In this document: positions 20,591 through 31,272 of the stretch, in pieces | How the letters are laid out: the number at the start of each line of letters is the position of its first letter | Position numbering within the stretch: the stretch's first letter is position 1 | Assembly: GCA_036918135.1 (NCBI GenBank) | Contig: JBALDB010000011.1 | Location: 96,001-160,000, forward strand | Source: Nostoc sp. | Lineage (GTDB): Bacteria > Cyanobacteriota > Cyanobacteriia > Cyanobacteriales > Nostocaceae | Length of the DNA stretch: 64,000 nucleotides | Direction: 5' to 3' | The notes under the pieces: model-generated | Databases searched by the model: none | The model's input: the letters and a program-made list of their open reading frames with translations, nothing else | Told to the model about the DNA's origin: nothing | Translations under genes and position numbers: made by a program

Positions 20591-21472
20591 ATGTCTAGTA
20601 AAATACCAAGTCAATTTATTCGATTTCAGGTCTTCTCTTTATTGATGGGAGGATATTTGGTGCTGCTTGCCGACTCAACCCCAGTACAAGCACAAATTTC
20701 CAACAGCAACCTGCAACTGGCTCAACAACAAGTTGAAACTTTACCGCCACCAGTTATCTTTGGTCAAGAATCACCGCAGTTACCGCCGGCAGAACCAGCA
20801 CAAACTTATCAACCCGATCCGAATCAACCCTCTCAACCAGCACAGGTTTTTCAGCCCTCTCAACCAGCACAAACTTATCAAACCGAGCAGAACTTTCAGC
20901 CTTCTCAACCACCACAGTTGAGTCAATATAACCAAAACTTTGAACGCTACTTAGTTTATGTTGATGCTAATGATTACCAAACCTTACAAGAAATACGTCA
21001 GCTTGAACCCAGTGCTTATATTCGAGAATACCAAGGACGTAATGTAATTCAATCTGGAGTTTTTAGCACAGCATCTAACGCCCAACAAAGGGTTTATGAA
21101 CTACAGTCACGAGGCATTAATAGCGCACGAATTATCAGCTTTGCTAACGGACAAGAAATAGCCGCTTTTGATAGAGGTAATAGAGATTTTATTGGCGATC
21201 GCAATAATAGAAATGTTGCCAAAGTCTCTAGATATTACGTCGTTATTCCCACTACTTCCGAAAACTTACCTGCGCTTGGCGCTCAAATTAGACAGAATTT
21301 AGCCCGATTCAGCCAAGATTTAGGACGATCTGGCGGAGTCCTCGAAAGGACGCAACCACGAGGCCCACACGTAGCAGTAGGGCCTTTCGCTGACCGAGTA
21401 CAAGCACAAGAATGGAACAAATATCTGCGAAATACAGGATACCGTAATGCCAGAGTTTATTATGGAAAGTGA
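20591..21472 (+). CDS. Secreted SPOR-like hypothetical protein with a Gln/Pro-rich repeat linker
   Basis: Signal peptide, QPSQPAQ repeats, IQSGVF and HVAVGPF...ARVYY. Confidence 0.75.
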   Translation: MSSKIPSQFIRFQVFSLLMGGYLVLLADSTPVQAQISNSNLQLAQQQVETLPPPVIFGQESPQLPPAEPAQTYQPDPNQPSQPAQVFQPSQPAQTYQTEQNFQPSQPPQLSQYNQNFERYLVYVDANDYQTLQEIRQLEPSAYIREYQGRNVIQSGVFSTASNAQQRVYELQSRGINSARIISFANGQEIAAFDRGNRDFIGDRNNRNVAKVSRYYVVIPTTSENLPALGAQIRQNLARFSQDLGRSGGVLERTQPRGPHVAVGPFADRVQAQEWNKYLRNTGYRNARVYYGK

Positions 21473-21547
21473 AGAAGTTTGTCATTTGTCATTTGCAGTA
21501 AAATAAAATTCATCAACTCCCCACTCAGCACTCAGCACTCAGCACTG

Positions 21548-23137
21548 ATGTCAGATAGGCAAGAACAAATTTCACAAGTGGTAGTAACTGCTGAGCAAAT
21601 GCGCGATATTGAAGCGCGAATCTTTGCGGCAGGAATGCCTGTAGTAGCTTTGATGGAAAAGGTGGCGGGATTAATTGCCCGTCGCATTCAAAATATTTAC
21701 CCAAACCCCGAACAAAAGCAAGATACCCCCTCACCCTCCTCAAATCTCCGTGTCGGCATTCTCGTCGGCCCCGGTCATAATGGGGGAGATGCTCTGGTAG
21801 TAGCGCGTGAATTACATTTTCATGGTTATGAAATTTGGATTTATTCTCCTTTCTCTAAGCTCAAGGAATTAACTTCCCAACACTTGCAGTATGCTCAGAG
21901 TTTGGGCATTCCAGTTTATCAACAGATTGAGCAATTGCCAGATTCGGATTTATTGATTGATGGATTGTTTGGATTCGGTTTAGAAAAAAACCTCACCGAT
22001 CCCATCGCCTCTGCAATCAATCGGCTAAATGAATTGTCTGTGCCAATTTTGAGTATCGATTTACCTTCGGGGTTGCACACTGACACAGGCGAAGTATTGG
22101 GAACTGCGATTCGCGCTACTCACACGTTTTGCTTGGGTGTATGGAAATTGGCTTTTTTGCAAGACCAGGCGCTAGAATATCTCGGCAAAGCTGAATTAAT
22201 CGATTTTGATATTCCTTTGGCTGATGTGCAAGCTGTTATCAAAGATGCACCCAGAATTAAACGCATTACACCAGCAACGGCACTTTCAACTCTACCTTTA
22301 CCCCGTCCATCAGTTACCCACAAATATAAAGAAGGACATTTACTGCTGATTTGTGGTTCGCGGCGCTATGCAGGTGGAGCAATTTTAAGTGGTTTGGGTG
22401 CGCGGGGTAGTGGTGTGGGGATGCTTTCGGTTGCTGTACCAGAATCGCTGAAATCTCTTTTGGTGTCCCATTTGCCAGAAGCGCTGATTGTCGGTTGTCC
22501 AGAAACAGAAACCGGAGCGATTGCCCAATTGCAACTACCTGCAAAAACAAATCTCAGTTCCTTTAGTGCGATCGCTTGTGGCCCTGGTTTAACAACAGAT
22601 GCCACTCCAATTGTACAAGAGGTAATAGAAAGCGATGTTCCTTTGGTTCTCGATGCCGATGGTTTAAATATACTCGCCCAAATCGGAACTATCCCCACTT
22701 TAGAAAAACGCCAAGCACTAACCATACTTACACCCCACGCAGGTGAATTCCAGCGATTATTTCCACAGGTCGTTGATGCAAAACACCATCGGGTTAAAGC
22801 AGTACGAGAAGCAGCAGCGCAAAGTAGGGCAGTAATATTGTTAAAAGGTGCAAGAACTGCCATAGCCAACCCCCAAGGTGAAGTTTGGATTGTTGGAGAA
22901 AGCACACCAGCCCTAGCGCGTGGCGGTAGTGGAGACGTGTTAACTGGACTACTAGGCGGATTGCTCGCACAAGCGGCAAGTAAGCAAATTCCAGTAGAAG
23001 ATATTGCTGCAACTGCTGCTTGGTGGCATTCCCAAGCGGGTATTTTAGCAGCCCAAGAGCGTACCGAATTAGGTGTAGATGCGTTTACATTGACACAATA
23101 TTTAATAAAATGTCTCAGTAATTATTACCGCTTTTAA
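21548..23137 (+). CDS. nnr: Bifunctional NAD(P)H-hydrate epimerase/dehydratase
   Basis: GPGHNGGD, IDLPSG, VLDADGL, LTPHAGE and GGSGDVLTG. Start at MSDRQ (21548). Confidence 0.95.
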   Translation: MSDRQEQISQVVVTAEQMRDIEARIFAAGMPVVALMEKVAGLIARRIQNIYPNPEQKQDTPSPSSNLRVGILVGPGHNGGDALVVARELHFHGYEIWIYSPFSKLKELTSQHLQYAQSLGIPVYQQIEQLPDSDLLIDGLFGFGLEKNLTDPIASAINRLNELSVPILSIDLPSGLHTDTGEVLGTAIRATHTFCLGVWKLAFLQDQALEYLGKAELIDFDIPLADVQAVIKDAPRIKRITPATALSTLPLPRPSVTHKYKEGHLLLICGSRRYAGGAILSGLGARGSGVGMLSVAVPESLKSLLVSHLPEALIVGCPETETGAIAQLQLPAKTNLSSFSAIACGPGLTTDATPIVQEVIESDVPLVLDADGLNILAQIGTIPTLEKRQALTILTPHAGEFQRLFPQVVDAKHHRVKAVREAAAQSRAVILLKGARTAIANPQGEVWIVGESTPALARGGSGDVLTGLLGGLLAQAASKQIPVEDIAATAAWWHSQAGILAAQERTELGVDAFTLTQYLIKCLSNYYRF

Positions 23138-23390
23138 ATTAGGCGATCGCCTTGTTTGAAGTTTGAGACTGAGAATTAGAGACTAGATTTTCTTGATGAC
23201 TATAACTGTTAACTATGCCGTGAAGATGGATCGGGTTGATTTGAATAAGTACTCAAGCATATAGTTATATTCTTAAAATGCTTAATTACTTTTTAATATC
23301 AGTAGATTTAATAAGTTAAAATGTATATTGTTTTTAACTTAATTATAATTCATTTATTTATAAGTAGATAGATATGATTAAATCTAAAAT

Positions 23391-23455
23391 GTTATTGCGA
23401 GCGAAGCAAAGCAATCCCAGAGAGCTTGTGATTGCTTCGCTTCGCTCGCAATGAC
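23391..23455. repeat. GC-rich palindromic REP/RPE-like element
   Basis: GTTATTGCGAGCGAAGCAAAGCAATC ... GATTGCTTCGCTTCGCTCGCAATGAC, about 26-bp arms. Confidence 0.8.
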
Positions 23456-23787
23456 AGAACGTATTATATTTATTTATGTCTATCAACTTAACAACTATCA
23501 TTCATTTTGTAGCAAAAGCTATTGGATACTTGGCAAAATAATTTATTAGCTCAACATTAGCTCAACAATATCACTAAATTGTAGTGTAACTAATGTTATA
23601 CTTACTTTGCAGTACAAAATATATTTTCTTAATCATTGACTAAAGACAAAATCCCCATATAAAAAATAGCTATAACTTTTGATAATTGACTTTTAATTAA
23701 AGTTCTTTCGGCAGAAGGAGGTAAATTAAGTATAAAAATGTTTAGCTTATTGATAAGGAAATGTAAATTAAATTTTTGAGGTATCAA

Positions 23788-24717
23788 ATGGTTCTTTACA
23801 AATTAGAAGATTTTGAACCTAACTATCGTGATAGCTTTGAAGGTCGTGATATTAAAGGACTTGGGGTCTATACACAAGGAACTGATGAAAAAGTTGGCAC
23901 TGTCAACGATGTTTTAGTTGATGAAGAAGGGCATTTCCGCTATCTAGTTGTTGACTTAGGCTTTTGGATTTTTGGTAAAAAAGTACTACTACCAATTGGT
24001 CGTGCCCATATTGATTATAATAGCGATCGCGTCTATACCATTGGTTTAACTAGAGAACAAGCAGAAGATTTACCTGAGTTCGATGAACGCCAAGCGCTTG
24101 ACTACGACTACGAAGAACGCGTGCGCGGAGTGTATCGTCGCCCGGAAAACTATACCCGCTCCGTAGAAGCGTCAGCACCACTAGATACAACTCCTGTAGA
24201 TGCAAGCTATACAACTCCTGTAGATGCAAGCTATACAACTCCTGTAGATACAAGCTATACAACTCCTAATTACAACCGTGATAGTTACACATACGAAAAT
24301 GAGCCTTCTTTATACAATATAAATGACCAAAACAATCAAACTTTAAGATTGTATGAAGAAAGACTAATTGCCAGTAAACAACGCCGCAAAACTGGTGAAG
24401 TAACAATCGGTAAACGTGTTGAAACTGACACTGCACGAATTGCAGTACCAATAGAAAAAGAGCGAGTTGTAATTGAGCGTGTAACTCCTGCTGATGCAGG
24501 TACACCTGTTTCTGCACGTGAGGCAGACTTCCAAGAAGGTGATGTTGCTCGCGTGGAACTCTATGAAGAAACTCCTGATATTCGCAAAGAAGCAGTTTTG
24601 CGCGAAGAGGTCAGAGTTAGAAAAGTGGTAGACCAAGAAACAGTTGAAGCTCAAGAGACTGTGCGTCGTGAAGAGTTAGAAGTGAATGCTCCTAATCTTC
24701 CGGTTGAAGAACGCTAA
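23788..24717 (+). CDS. PRC-barrel plus DUF2382 (YsnF/AvaK-like) protein
   Basis: FRYLVVDLGFWIFGKKVLLPIG, LRLYEERL and VRREEL. Internal TTPVDASY x3. Confidence 0.9.
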   Translation: MVLYKLEDFEPNYRDSFEGRDIKGLGVYTQGTDEKVGTVNDVLVDEEGHFRYLVVDLGFWIFGKKVLLPIGRAHIDYNSDRVYTIGLTREQAEDLPEFDERQALDYDYEERVRGVYRRPENYTRSVEASAPLDTTPVDASYTTPVDASYTTPVDTSYTTPNYNRDSYTYENEPSLYNINDQNNQTLRLYEERLIASKQRRKTGEVTIGKRVETDTARIAVPIEKERVVIERVTPADAGTPVSAREADFQEGDVARVELYEETPDIRKEAVLREEVRVRKVVDQETVEAQETVRREELEVNAPNLPVEER

Positions 24718-24859
24718 CTAATTCGTAATATTTGCCTTCGCAGATTCGGCACGCTCCGGAATAGGGACTAGGGATTAAGATTAAAAATATTATTTCTCAG
24801 TCTCTAGTCTCTTTTACAACAAAGCAGTTGACAAATTTCGCATATTGAATAGCTAACCG

Positions 24860-25765
24860 ATGGCAAACAACATTGGGCGAACGAACTCAAATACTCGCAC
24901 TCACACCTTATTGGCAAACTTAAAAAATAAGGTGAATAATTTTGTTGTGTTCGATAGTCAAGGTGAGTTAGTAGGGAAGGTTCAGGATTTAATTGTAGAT
25001 GCTAATCATCGGCTAAATTTAGTTATCTCTAACCAGGTGAATCAACAAATTACAGAATCGGGTCACCATTTAGCCCAGAAACATGCTTCCTTATTCCAAG
25101 TGCAGAGCCAGAGAATCAAAAAAATTGACAACCCAACTAAATCTGTTTTTATAGACCTAGACCAATCACAAATAGAATATATGCCTGAATATATAGAAGA
25201 AACACCAGGCGAGCGCAAACTCTCACAACTATCAGAAAACTCAACTAAACAACTAGCTTTTAATCAAACTACAAATAACTCTATTGAACCAATAAATTTA
25301 GAAGACGTTAGTGAAGAAAAGATTATTCGTTTACTAGAAGAACGATTAGTTGTTGAAAGCAGGAAGCGGAGAATTGGTGAAGTAATTGTTCGCAAAGAAA
25401 TTGAAACCCGGATGGTACAAGTTCCTGTCCGGCGCGAGAAATTAATTATCGAACAAGTCAGCCCCGAACTCAAGCAACTCGCAGAAATTGACTTAAGTCA
25501 AGGAGAAATTTCTGGACTTGAGTTGAGTGAAGTAGAAGTAGAAAGACTTGAAGTTACACATCTTAATAACGGTTTAACAGTTAGTGGTGAATTTACTTCA
25601 CCTAAAATTGCTAGTTTATTACTAAATGCGATCGCCCTAGAGCAGAATCACGGATCTAAACGGGTACGAGTCACAATAACCGTTGAAGATGAATCACATC
25701 AGAAAAAGTATCAGGAGTGGTTTGACCGCTGTTCTAAAGGTCAGCAAATAAAATCCGAAAAATAA
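24860..25765 (+). CDS. PRC-barrel plus DUF2382 protein (second paralogue)
   Basis: VGKVQDLIVD and IRLLEERLVV...VPVRREKLIIE. Confidence 0.85.
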   Translation: MANNIGRTNSNTRTHTLLANLKNKVNNFVVFDSQGELVGKVQDLIVDANHRLNLVISNQVNQQITESGHHLAQKHASLFQVQSQRIKKIDNPTKSVFIDLDQSQIEYMPEYIEETPGERKLSQLSENSTKQLAFNQTTNNSIEPINLEDVSEEKIIRLLEERLVVESRKRRIGEVIVRKEIETRMVQVPVRREKLIIEQVSPELKQLAEIDLSQGEISGLELSEVEVERLEVTHLNNGLTVSGEFTSPKIASLLLNAIALEQNHGSKRVRVTITVEDESHQKKYQEWFDRCSKGQQIKSEK

Positions 25766-25786
25766 GTTTCTAGCAGATAAATCATT

Positions 25787-25815
25787 AGGGTGAGCATTGC
25801 ACGCCCTATTTTTTT
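25787..25815 (+). terminator. Intrinsic terminator
   Basis: TAGGGTG-agcattg-CACGCCCTA hairpin followed by a T run. Confidence 0.55.
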
Positions 25816-25882
25816 GTAAATAATTTAAGTAGGGTACGTGAGATTAAAGATATAAACCACTCTACTTATTAAACAGAATTAT

Positions 25883-26530
25883 CAAGCATTGTTAGGTTTT
25901 TTTGGCAGAGTTTCTGGTAATCAGAAGATTATAATTAACAAAGCTACAAATGCGATCGCACCGGAAACTATAATCCAAATCCAAAAGAAATCTGCTGTGC
26001 TAACAAGCTAGTGACTGGGCCGAGTACAAAGCCTAATCCCATTACTGCTCCATAAATTCCAAAGCCTTGAGCAAGCTTTTCGGGAATGGTAATATCTGAA
26101 ATAATCGCTTGAGCTACCGAAGTATTTCCGCCGACGATCCCATCTAAAAGTCGAGCGAGAAAAAGAATTACTGCTGTTGTAGTACTTCCAGCTATCAAGT
26201 TAGCGATGCCTGCGGAGGTCACTGAGCTTTGTCGTACCCCTACTCTTAAGCAAGCTAGCAAGAGCATCTCGTAGAGAAGTGCAAGCTTCGCTAACGCAGT
26301 TTTGCCAAACTGACGACCGCTAAAGATTTGCGTTCAAAGCGATCTGATAGTTTACCAATCACCGGGGTCGTAAAAAACTGAGCTATAGAGGAAATCGAAA
26401 ATAACAAACTCGTCTGAAAATCGCTCAGGCCAAATTGTTTGCCATAAAGATAGATAATGAGAATTAAAACTGTAAAACTGAGGGAATTAATAAAGGCAAT
26501 TAGAGCGCTAATCCAGAAATTTCGATTCAT
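25883..26530 (-). pseudogene. TetA-like MFS transporter pseudogene (N-terminal half only)
   Basis: GKLSDRFERK, LARLLDGIVGGN, GFVLGP and LPETL lie in different frames. It is interrupted by a repeat insertion at 26208-26294, a frameshift and a stop. Confidence 0.85.
26208..26294. mobile_element. Nested SDR array inserted in a HIP1 site
   Basis: GCGAT[gcctgcgg-aggtcactgag...ctcgtagagaagt-gcaagcttcgctaa]CGC. Shares units with 35630-35700, 38995-39052 and 63608-63682. Confidence 0.75.
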
Positions 26531-26615
26531 CACTAGCAAGTTGTGACTTTGCAACTAGACTTTACTTTTCAACCCTAGTCATACTATCTACTTGTCGTTC
26601 TTTTGGCTACCCCAG

Positions 26616-27539
26616 ATGAAATTTCCAGTGAAGCGACTTTTACGCAAGCAGCAACGACGTTTGCTTCCACGTATTCACATTCAAGTTCGAGATGGAAAGT
26701 TTGAGATTATGGGTATGGGTGTGTGGTATTCCTACTGGCGCGAACCCTACCATCTGCTGCTAACAATTCCCTGGACTGGCTTTTTAATACTGATTTTTTT
26801 GTTCTATGTAACTATTAATGCTTTGTTCGCCCTATTTTACTTGGTAGGAGGAGATTGCATCGCCAACGCCCGACCCGGCTCTTTTTTAGATGTTTTTTTC
26901 TTTAGCGTCCAAACCCTAGCATCCATCGGCTACGGTGCGATGTATCCTAAAACAACTTATGCCAATATCATTGTTACCATTGAAGCGATGATCGGTTTAG
27001 TTGGAATTGCTTTGATGACCGGACTTGCATTTGCCCGATTCTCTCGACCGACTGCCCGTGTGATATTTAGCCGTGTAGCGGTAATTACAGCTCATGATGC
27101 CAAACCGACTTTGATGTTTCGCACCGCTAATCAGCGCCGCAACATGATTTTGGAAGCGCAGATGCGAGTATATTTAATGCGCGATGAAATCACAGCAGAA
27201 GGTCTGTTTATGCGTCGAATCTATGATTTGCAACTGCTGCGGAACCAAACACCTAGCTTTTCCTTAAGCTGGTCAGTGGTACATGTAATTGATGAATTTA
27301 GTCCTTTATATGGGATGACAGCAGAATCGCTAATCCAGACAAATTCTACGCTGATGATTTCTTTGAGTGGCATTGATGAAACAGTTGCACAGATCGTCAA
27401 TGCCCGTCATAGTTATAGTGCTAAGGAAATTTTGTGGAACAATCGCTTTGTCGATATCTTCCACGAAACACCCGATGGACATCGTTACATCGACTATAAT
27501 TGCTTTCACGATGTCTTGCCTTTAGATGAAATCAGGTAA
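26616..27539 (+). CDS. Inward-rectifier potassium channel (KirBac family)
   Basis: FFFSVQTLASIGYG filter, FARFSRP and PTLMFRTAN. Confidence 0.93.
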   Translation: MKFPVKRLLRKQQRRLLPRIHIQVRDGKFEIMGMGVWYSYWREPYHLLLTIPWTGFLILIFLFYVTINALFALFYLVGGDCIANARPGSFLDVFFFSVQTLASIGYGAMYPKTTYANIIVTIEAMIGLVGIALMTGLAFARFSRPTARVIFSRVAVITAHDAKPTLMFRTANQRRNMILEAQMRVYLMRDEITAEGLFMRRIYDLQLLRNQTPSFSLSWSVVHVIDEFSPLYGMTAESLIQTNSTLMISLSGIDETVAQIVNARHSYSAKEILWNNRFVDIFHETPDGHRYIDYNCFHDVLPLDEIR

Positions 27540-28087
27540 AAATTCAGAATTGAGAAGATTTTAATACCCAAGCTTAAGTAAGTCGGCGCTAATATTTCAA
27601 GCTATATTAAGAAACTTAAATCTAGGGTGGGTTACTGCTGAGGGTAGGGCATCATCAACAATTCCACGTGCGTCCTACTTGTACGTAAATTTATTGGGAT
27701 GTAGCACTCTTTTTACTTTTTCAACTGGAAGTCTCATTAATTGGTGGTTGTGAGGGCTTAACCACAACCCGACCATTTTCAACCACAGTAGAATTTTTAC
27801 CAGTATTCTGACTGTATTTAGCTGGCACGTCCCGGCACTGCTTTTGGTGGGAAATATTTTGCTCCTGTTGTCGATCCAGGACAACAACACAAGAGGAACA
27901 GCAAGGGAAAGACATAAAAAGTATTTTGATCTCTATAATCTATTATCGCCCTATTAAATACCGTTTGGCTAAAGAATTTACTGCTGATAGCGATTTGAAC
28001 TGGGTAGAATACAGATGATTGTAGGGAGGCACAGTTGTGCGTGCTTACAATGCTTGTTTGACAGGGGTTAGACAGTGAGTTTTTCTA

Positions 28088-29776
28088 ATGAAAAAATTTT
28101 GGCGATACCTGGGTTTAAGTTTTGTATCTACGTTTTTGACTGCTACTCCGGGATTAGCAGCCGATCGCATTAGCTTTTATTACCCTCCCTTCGGTGAATT
28201 CTCTTTGTCTGTGGAATCGCTGGAAACTTTTGCCAAAGAAGGCAAAATCGACCGAGACTTTTCCTTTTATGCCAGCCGCGCCACTCCCGAACAACTCGCC
28301 CAACTGCGGGAGCTACTCCAGCAGCGCTTCAATATCAGTCCCACCTTAGTATCTCAGGTTACCTATTCACCTATAGGTGAAGAGGTGATACAACGTATAG
28401 GAGAATTACTCCAAACTGAATCTCGACAAAATGGTTTCTATGCCATACGTGGAGCTTTGATTATAGCTGCTGCCGATCCACAAGGCTTAACAGTTGTAAA
28501 TTTCCTGCGGAGATTTCCCAGCGATACTATCAGGCTGAATTATACAGAGGGACTAAGCATAGTCGATAACTTGTCACAACTGTTGAAAAAAAAGGATGAA
28601 GTTGTAGCTTATCTGCAAAAAGAAGCGACCGCAGCCGCAGCCAATTCAACCGTTGATTTTTCACAACTGCCAGATTTGCGATCGCCAGGAAAATTTCCTT
28701 GGCAGAAAAAAACCCTGGAACTAAATGACTATTCTCGCAATCGCCGTCTCCCAGTAGATATTTATTTACCTGAAGGTAATTCACAAACTCAAGCAAAACC
28801 CCCGTATCCGTTAATTGTAATTTCTCATGGTCTGGCTTCCGATCGCTCTAGCTTTGCTTACCTAGCTCAACATCTGACATCTTATGGTTTTGCCGTTGCG
28901 GTACTGGAACACCCTGGTAGTAATGCCGAACGCTTTCAGCTATACTTTGCAGGTTTGGCAGGGCCACCAGACCCAGCAGAATTTATCAACCGACCTTTGG
29001 ATATTAAGTTTTTACTCAATGAACTTGAGCGTTTGGACAAATCCGATCCCTCCCTCCAGGGAAAACTTAATTTTCAGCAAATTGGGGCGATCGGTCAGTC
29101 CTTTGGTGGTTATACTGTTTTAACTCTTGCAGGAGCAACGATTAACTTTAACCAACTCTACCGAGACTGTAATCCTAACAATTCATACTTTAATTTGTCG
29201 CTGTTGTTGCAGTGTCAAGCAATTAAGTTATCTCCAAAAAATTACCAACTCAAAGACGATCGCATCAAGGCGATTATGGCGATTAATCCCATTGATAGCT
29301 CAATTTTGGGTCAAGGGAGCATCAGTCAAATCAAAATTCCCGTAATGTTGGTAGCTGGTAGCCAAGATATTTTTGCCCCACCTGTATTTGAGCAAATTCG
29401 TCCTTTCACCTGGCTGACTGACTCCAATAAATACCTCGCTTTAATCGAAAATGCTACCCACTTTTCAGCGATTGCCGAACCTACTCCTGGGAATAGTGTA
29501 TTACCTGTACCGCCTGCTTTGATAGGCCCCAATCCTGCTCCTGTTTATTCCTATCTCAACGCCTTAAGCGTAGCTTTTTTAGAAACCGATCTCCTCAACC
29601 ACCCCGAATACCGCTCCTATTTGCAGCCATCTTACGCTCAATTTATTAGTCAAGAGTCTTTAAAGCTCAGTCTTTTACAGTCCTTGACACAAAATCAATT
29701 CAGTCAAGTTTGGAATGGGGTAATTCCTGAGTCAGTCAGACCTTCAAATCCTCAACCTACTCCTACACCACCTTAG
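28088..29776 (+). CDS. Secreted alpha/beta hydrolase (DUF1400 plus dienelactone-hydrolase-like)
   Basis: Signal peptide, ISHGLAS, EHPGS, GQSFGG nucleophile elbow and ATHFS. Confidence 0.9.
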   Translation: MKKFWRYLGLSFVSTFLTATPGLAADRISFYYPPFGEFSLSVESLETFAKEGKIDRDFSFYASRATPEQLAQLRELLQQRFNISPTLVSQVTYSPIGEEVIQRIGELLQTESRQNGFYAIRGALIIAAADPQGLTVVNFLRRFPSDTIRLNYTEGLSIVDNLSQLLKKKDEVVAYLQKEATAAAANSTVDFSQLPDLRSPGKFPWQKKTLELNDYSRNRRLPVDIYLPEGNSQTQAKPPYPLIVISHGLASDRSSFAYLAQHLTSYGFAVAVLEHPGSNAERFQLYFAGLAGPPDPAEFINRPLDIKFLLNELERLDKSDPSLQGKLNFQQIGAIGQSFGGYTVLTLAGATINFNQLYRDCNPNNSYFNLSLLLQCQAIKLSPKNYQLKDDRIKAIMAINPIDSSILGQGSISQIKIPVMLVAGSQDIFAPPVFEQIRPFTWLTDSNKYLALIENATHFSAIAEPTPGNSVLPVPPALIGPNPAPVYSYLNALSVAFLETDLLNHPEYRSYLQPSYAQFISQESLKLSLLQSLTQNQFSQVWNGVIPESVRPSNPQPTPTPP

Positions 29777-29830
29777 TTATACTGCTAGTAATATCATGTC
29801 CGGTTGAATACTTATGATATCTGTGAGGGT

Positions 29831-29940
29831 TGGTAATGGGTAATGGGTAATAGGTAATGGGTGATGGGTAATGGGTAAACCTTCTTTTTCCCAATTCCCA
29901 ATTCCCTTTTTCCCAATTACCAATTCCCAATTCCCAATGC
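29831..29940. repeat. Inverted STRR arrays (GGTAATG)n / (TTCCCAA)n between convergent genes
   Basis: Heptamer tandem repeats able to form a long hairpin. Confidence 0.85.
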
Positions 29941-31272
29941 CTACAAATCTGTTAGCAGCCTTGCTTTTCGCAGAACAAATGTCAGTACAGTTTCTTTTTT
30001 AGAAATGATATCAGCTGTAACTTCCATCCCTGGTTGAATGGGATAAGATTTACCATCCCTGTTTAAATAAAGTTTCTCTGCCTCAATAGTCACCTCATAG
30101 TAAGGCGCAACTGGATTGCCGTTAGCTTGAGATGTAATGGCGTCAGCGGTTATGGCTCTAACAGCACCTTTGAGGATGCCATAATCTGGGTAGGGATAGG
30201 CAGAAAGCCGCATTAGTACTTGTCCCTCTGGACATTTTGTTACTTGTACGACTTTACACATCTTGACTTTGCTAATATCAGAAGCGGCAACTCGGGCTTT
30301 AATCACAAGAGGGGCCGTACTCGGAGCAATTTGAGCGATCGGATCTCCAGCACGAACAACTTGCCCAGGATTTCTTAATTCCAGTTTCAGGATAGTACCT
30401 GCTTCTGAAGTCCGAATTATAGTTTTTTGTAGTTCCGCGAACAGTTGTCTAAGTTCTTGTTGAGCGTTGCTAATTTGGTTTTGAGTTTCAACTTGACGCC
30501 TGATGATTTCTTCTTTCTCTTTGTGCAATTGAGCAAGGGTAGACTCACCCTTTGTTGATTCTTGGGCAATGCGTTCTTGTGCGATCGCCACAGTAGCATC
30601 ACTGGGGTTTAGTCCCGCCTTTGCGTGTTCGAGTCTAGCAACAGCAGCTTTCAAAGCTTGTTCTTTTTCTTTAATTTGGAGAACGGCTATCGCTCCGGTA
30701 TTTCCCAACTGCCGATATCGCTTCATCTCCTCCTGAGCTAATTCAACAGCGGCTTCTGCTTCTTTGACATCGGACTGAGTAGTGATTTGCCGATCTCGAT
30801 AGTCTCTTTGGTTGCGACTTAAGTCAGCTTTTGCCGATGCGATCGCCTGTCGCATCGCATTAGTCTCTGCGCTGATTTGACCTTGTAGCGCTTTGAGTTG
30901 TGCATCGATTTGCAAGCGTTCTAACTGACTCTGGCGGATATTTCCGAGTATTTGATTTTTTTTACTTTGTAATTGGGAGTTGTCGATCAGGGCGATCCTA
31001 TCTCCCCTTTTCACAACTTGATTTTCTTTAACCTTAATGCTTATAACTGTTCCCTCAGTTGCTGCTTGCACTAACCGGATTTCTCCGGTTGGACGCACAG
31101 TACCATCCGCTTTCACTACTATATTGTATTGAATGACACTTGCAACGCTGAAGGCAACGCCAACAGCTCCAATTAAAAATAGTCCTCCCAGCTTTGTCCA
31201 ACTGCTAATTGGCGGAAGATATTCATCGCTTTCAACTAGGCGGAGAAAGTCTGGTTGGGGGTCAATAAGCAT
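29941..31272 (-). CDS. HlyD family secretion adaptor
   Basis: N-terminal TM helix, VKENQVVKRGD, long coiled coil, YPYPDYGILKG and IQPGMEVTADI. Confidence 0.95.
   Translation of the reverse strand: MLIDPQPDFLRLVESDEYLPPISSWTKLGGLFLIGAVGVAFSVASVIQYNIVVKADGTVRPTGEIRLVQAATEGTVISIKVKENQVVKRGDRIALIDNSQLQSKKNQILGNIRQSQLERLQIDAQLKALQGQISAETNAMRQAIASAKADLSRNQRDYRDRQITTQSDVKEAEAAVELAQEEMKRYRQLGNTGAIAVLQIKEKEQALKAAVARLEHAKAGLNPSDATVAIAQERIAQESTKGESTLAQLHKEKEEIIRRQVETQNQISNAQQELRQLFAELQKTIIRTSEAGTILKLELRNPGQVVRAGDPIAQIAPSTAPLVIKARVAASDISKVKMCKVVQVTKCPEGQVLMRLSAYPYPDYGILKGAVRAITADAITSQANGNPVAPYYEVTIEAEKLYLNRDGKSYPIQPGMEVTADIISKKETVLTFVLRKARLLTDL

Noticed and set aside
23586..23599. NtcA box upstream of the DUF2382 genes
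   Set aside because: GTA-N8-TAT mismatches the GTA-N8-TAC consensus in very AT-rich DNA.
27675..27915. Two overlapping short minus-strand ORFs
   Set aside because: No recognisable motif, and I cannot decide which frame, if any, is real.
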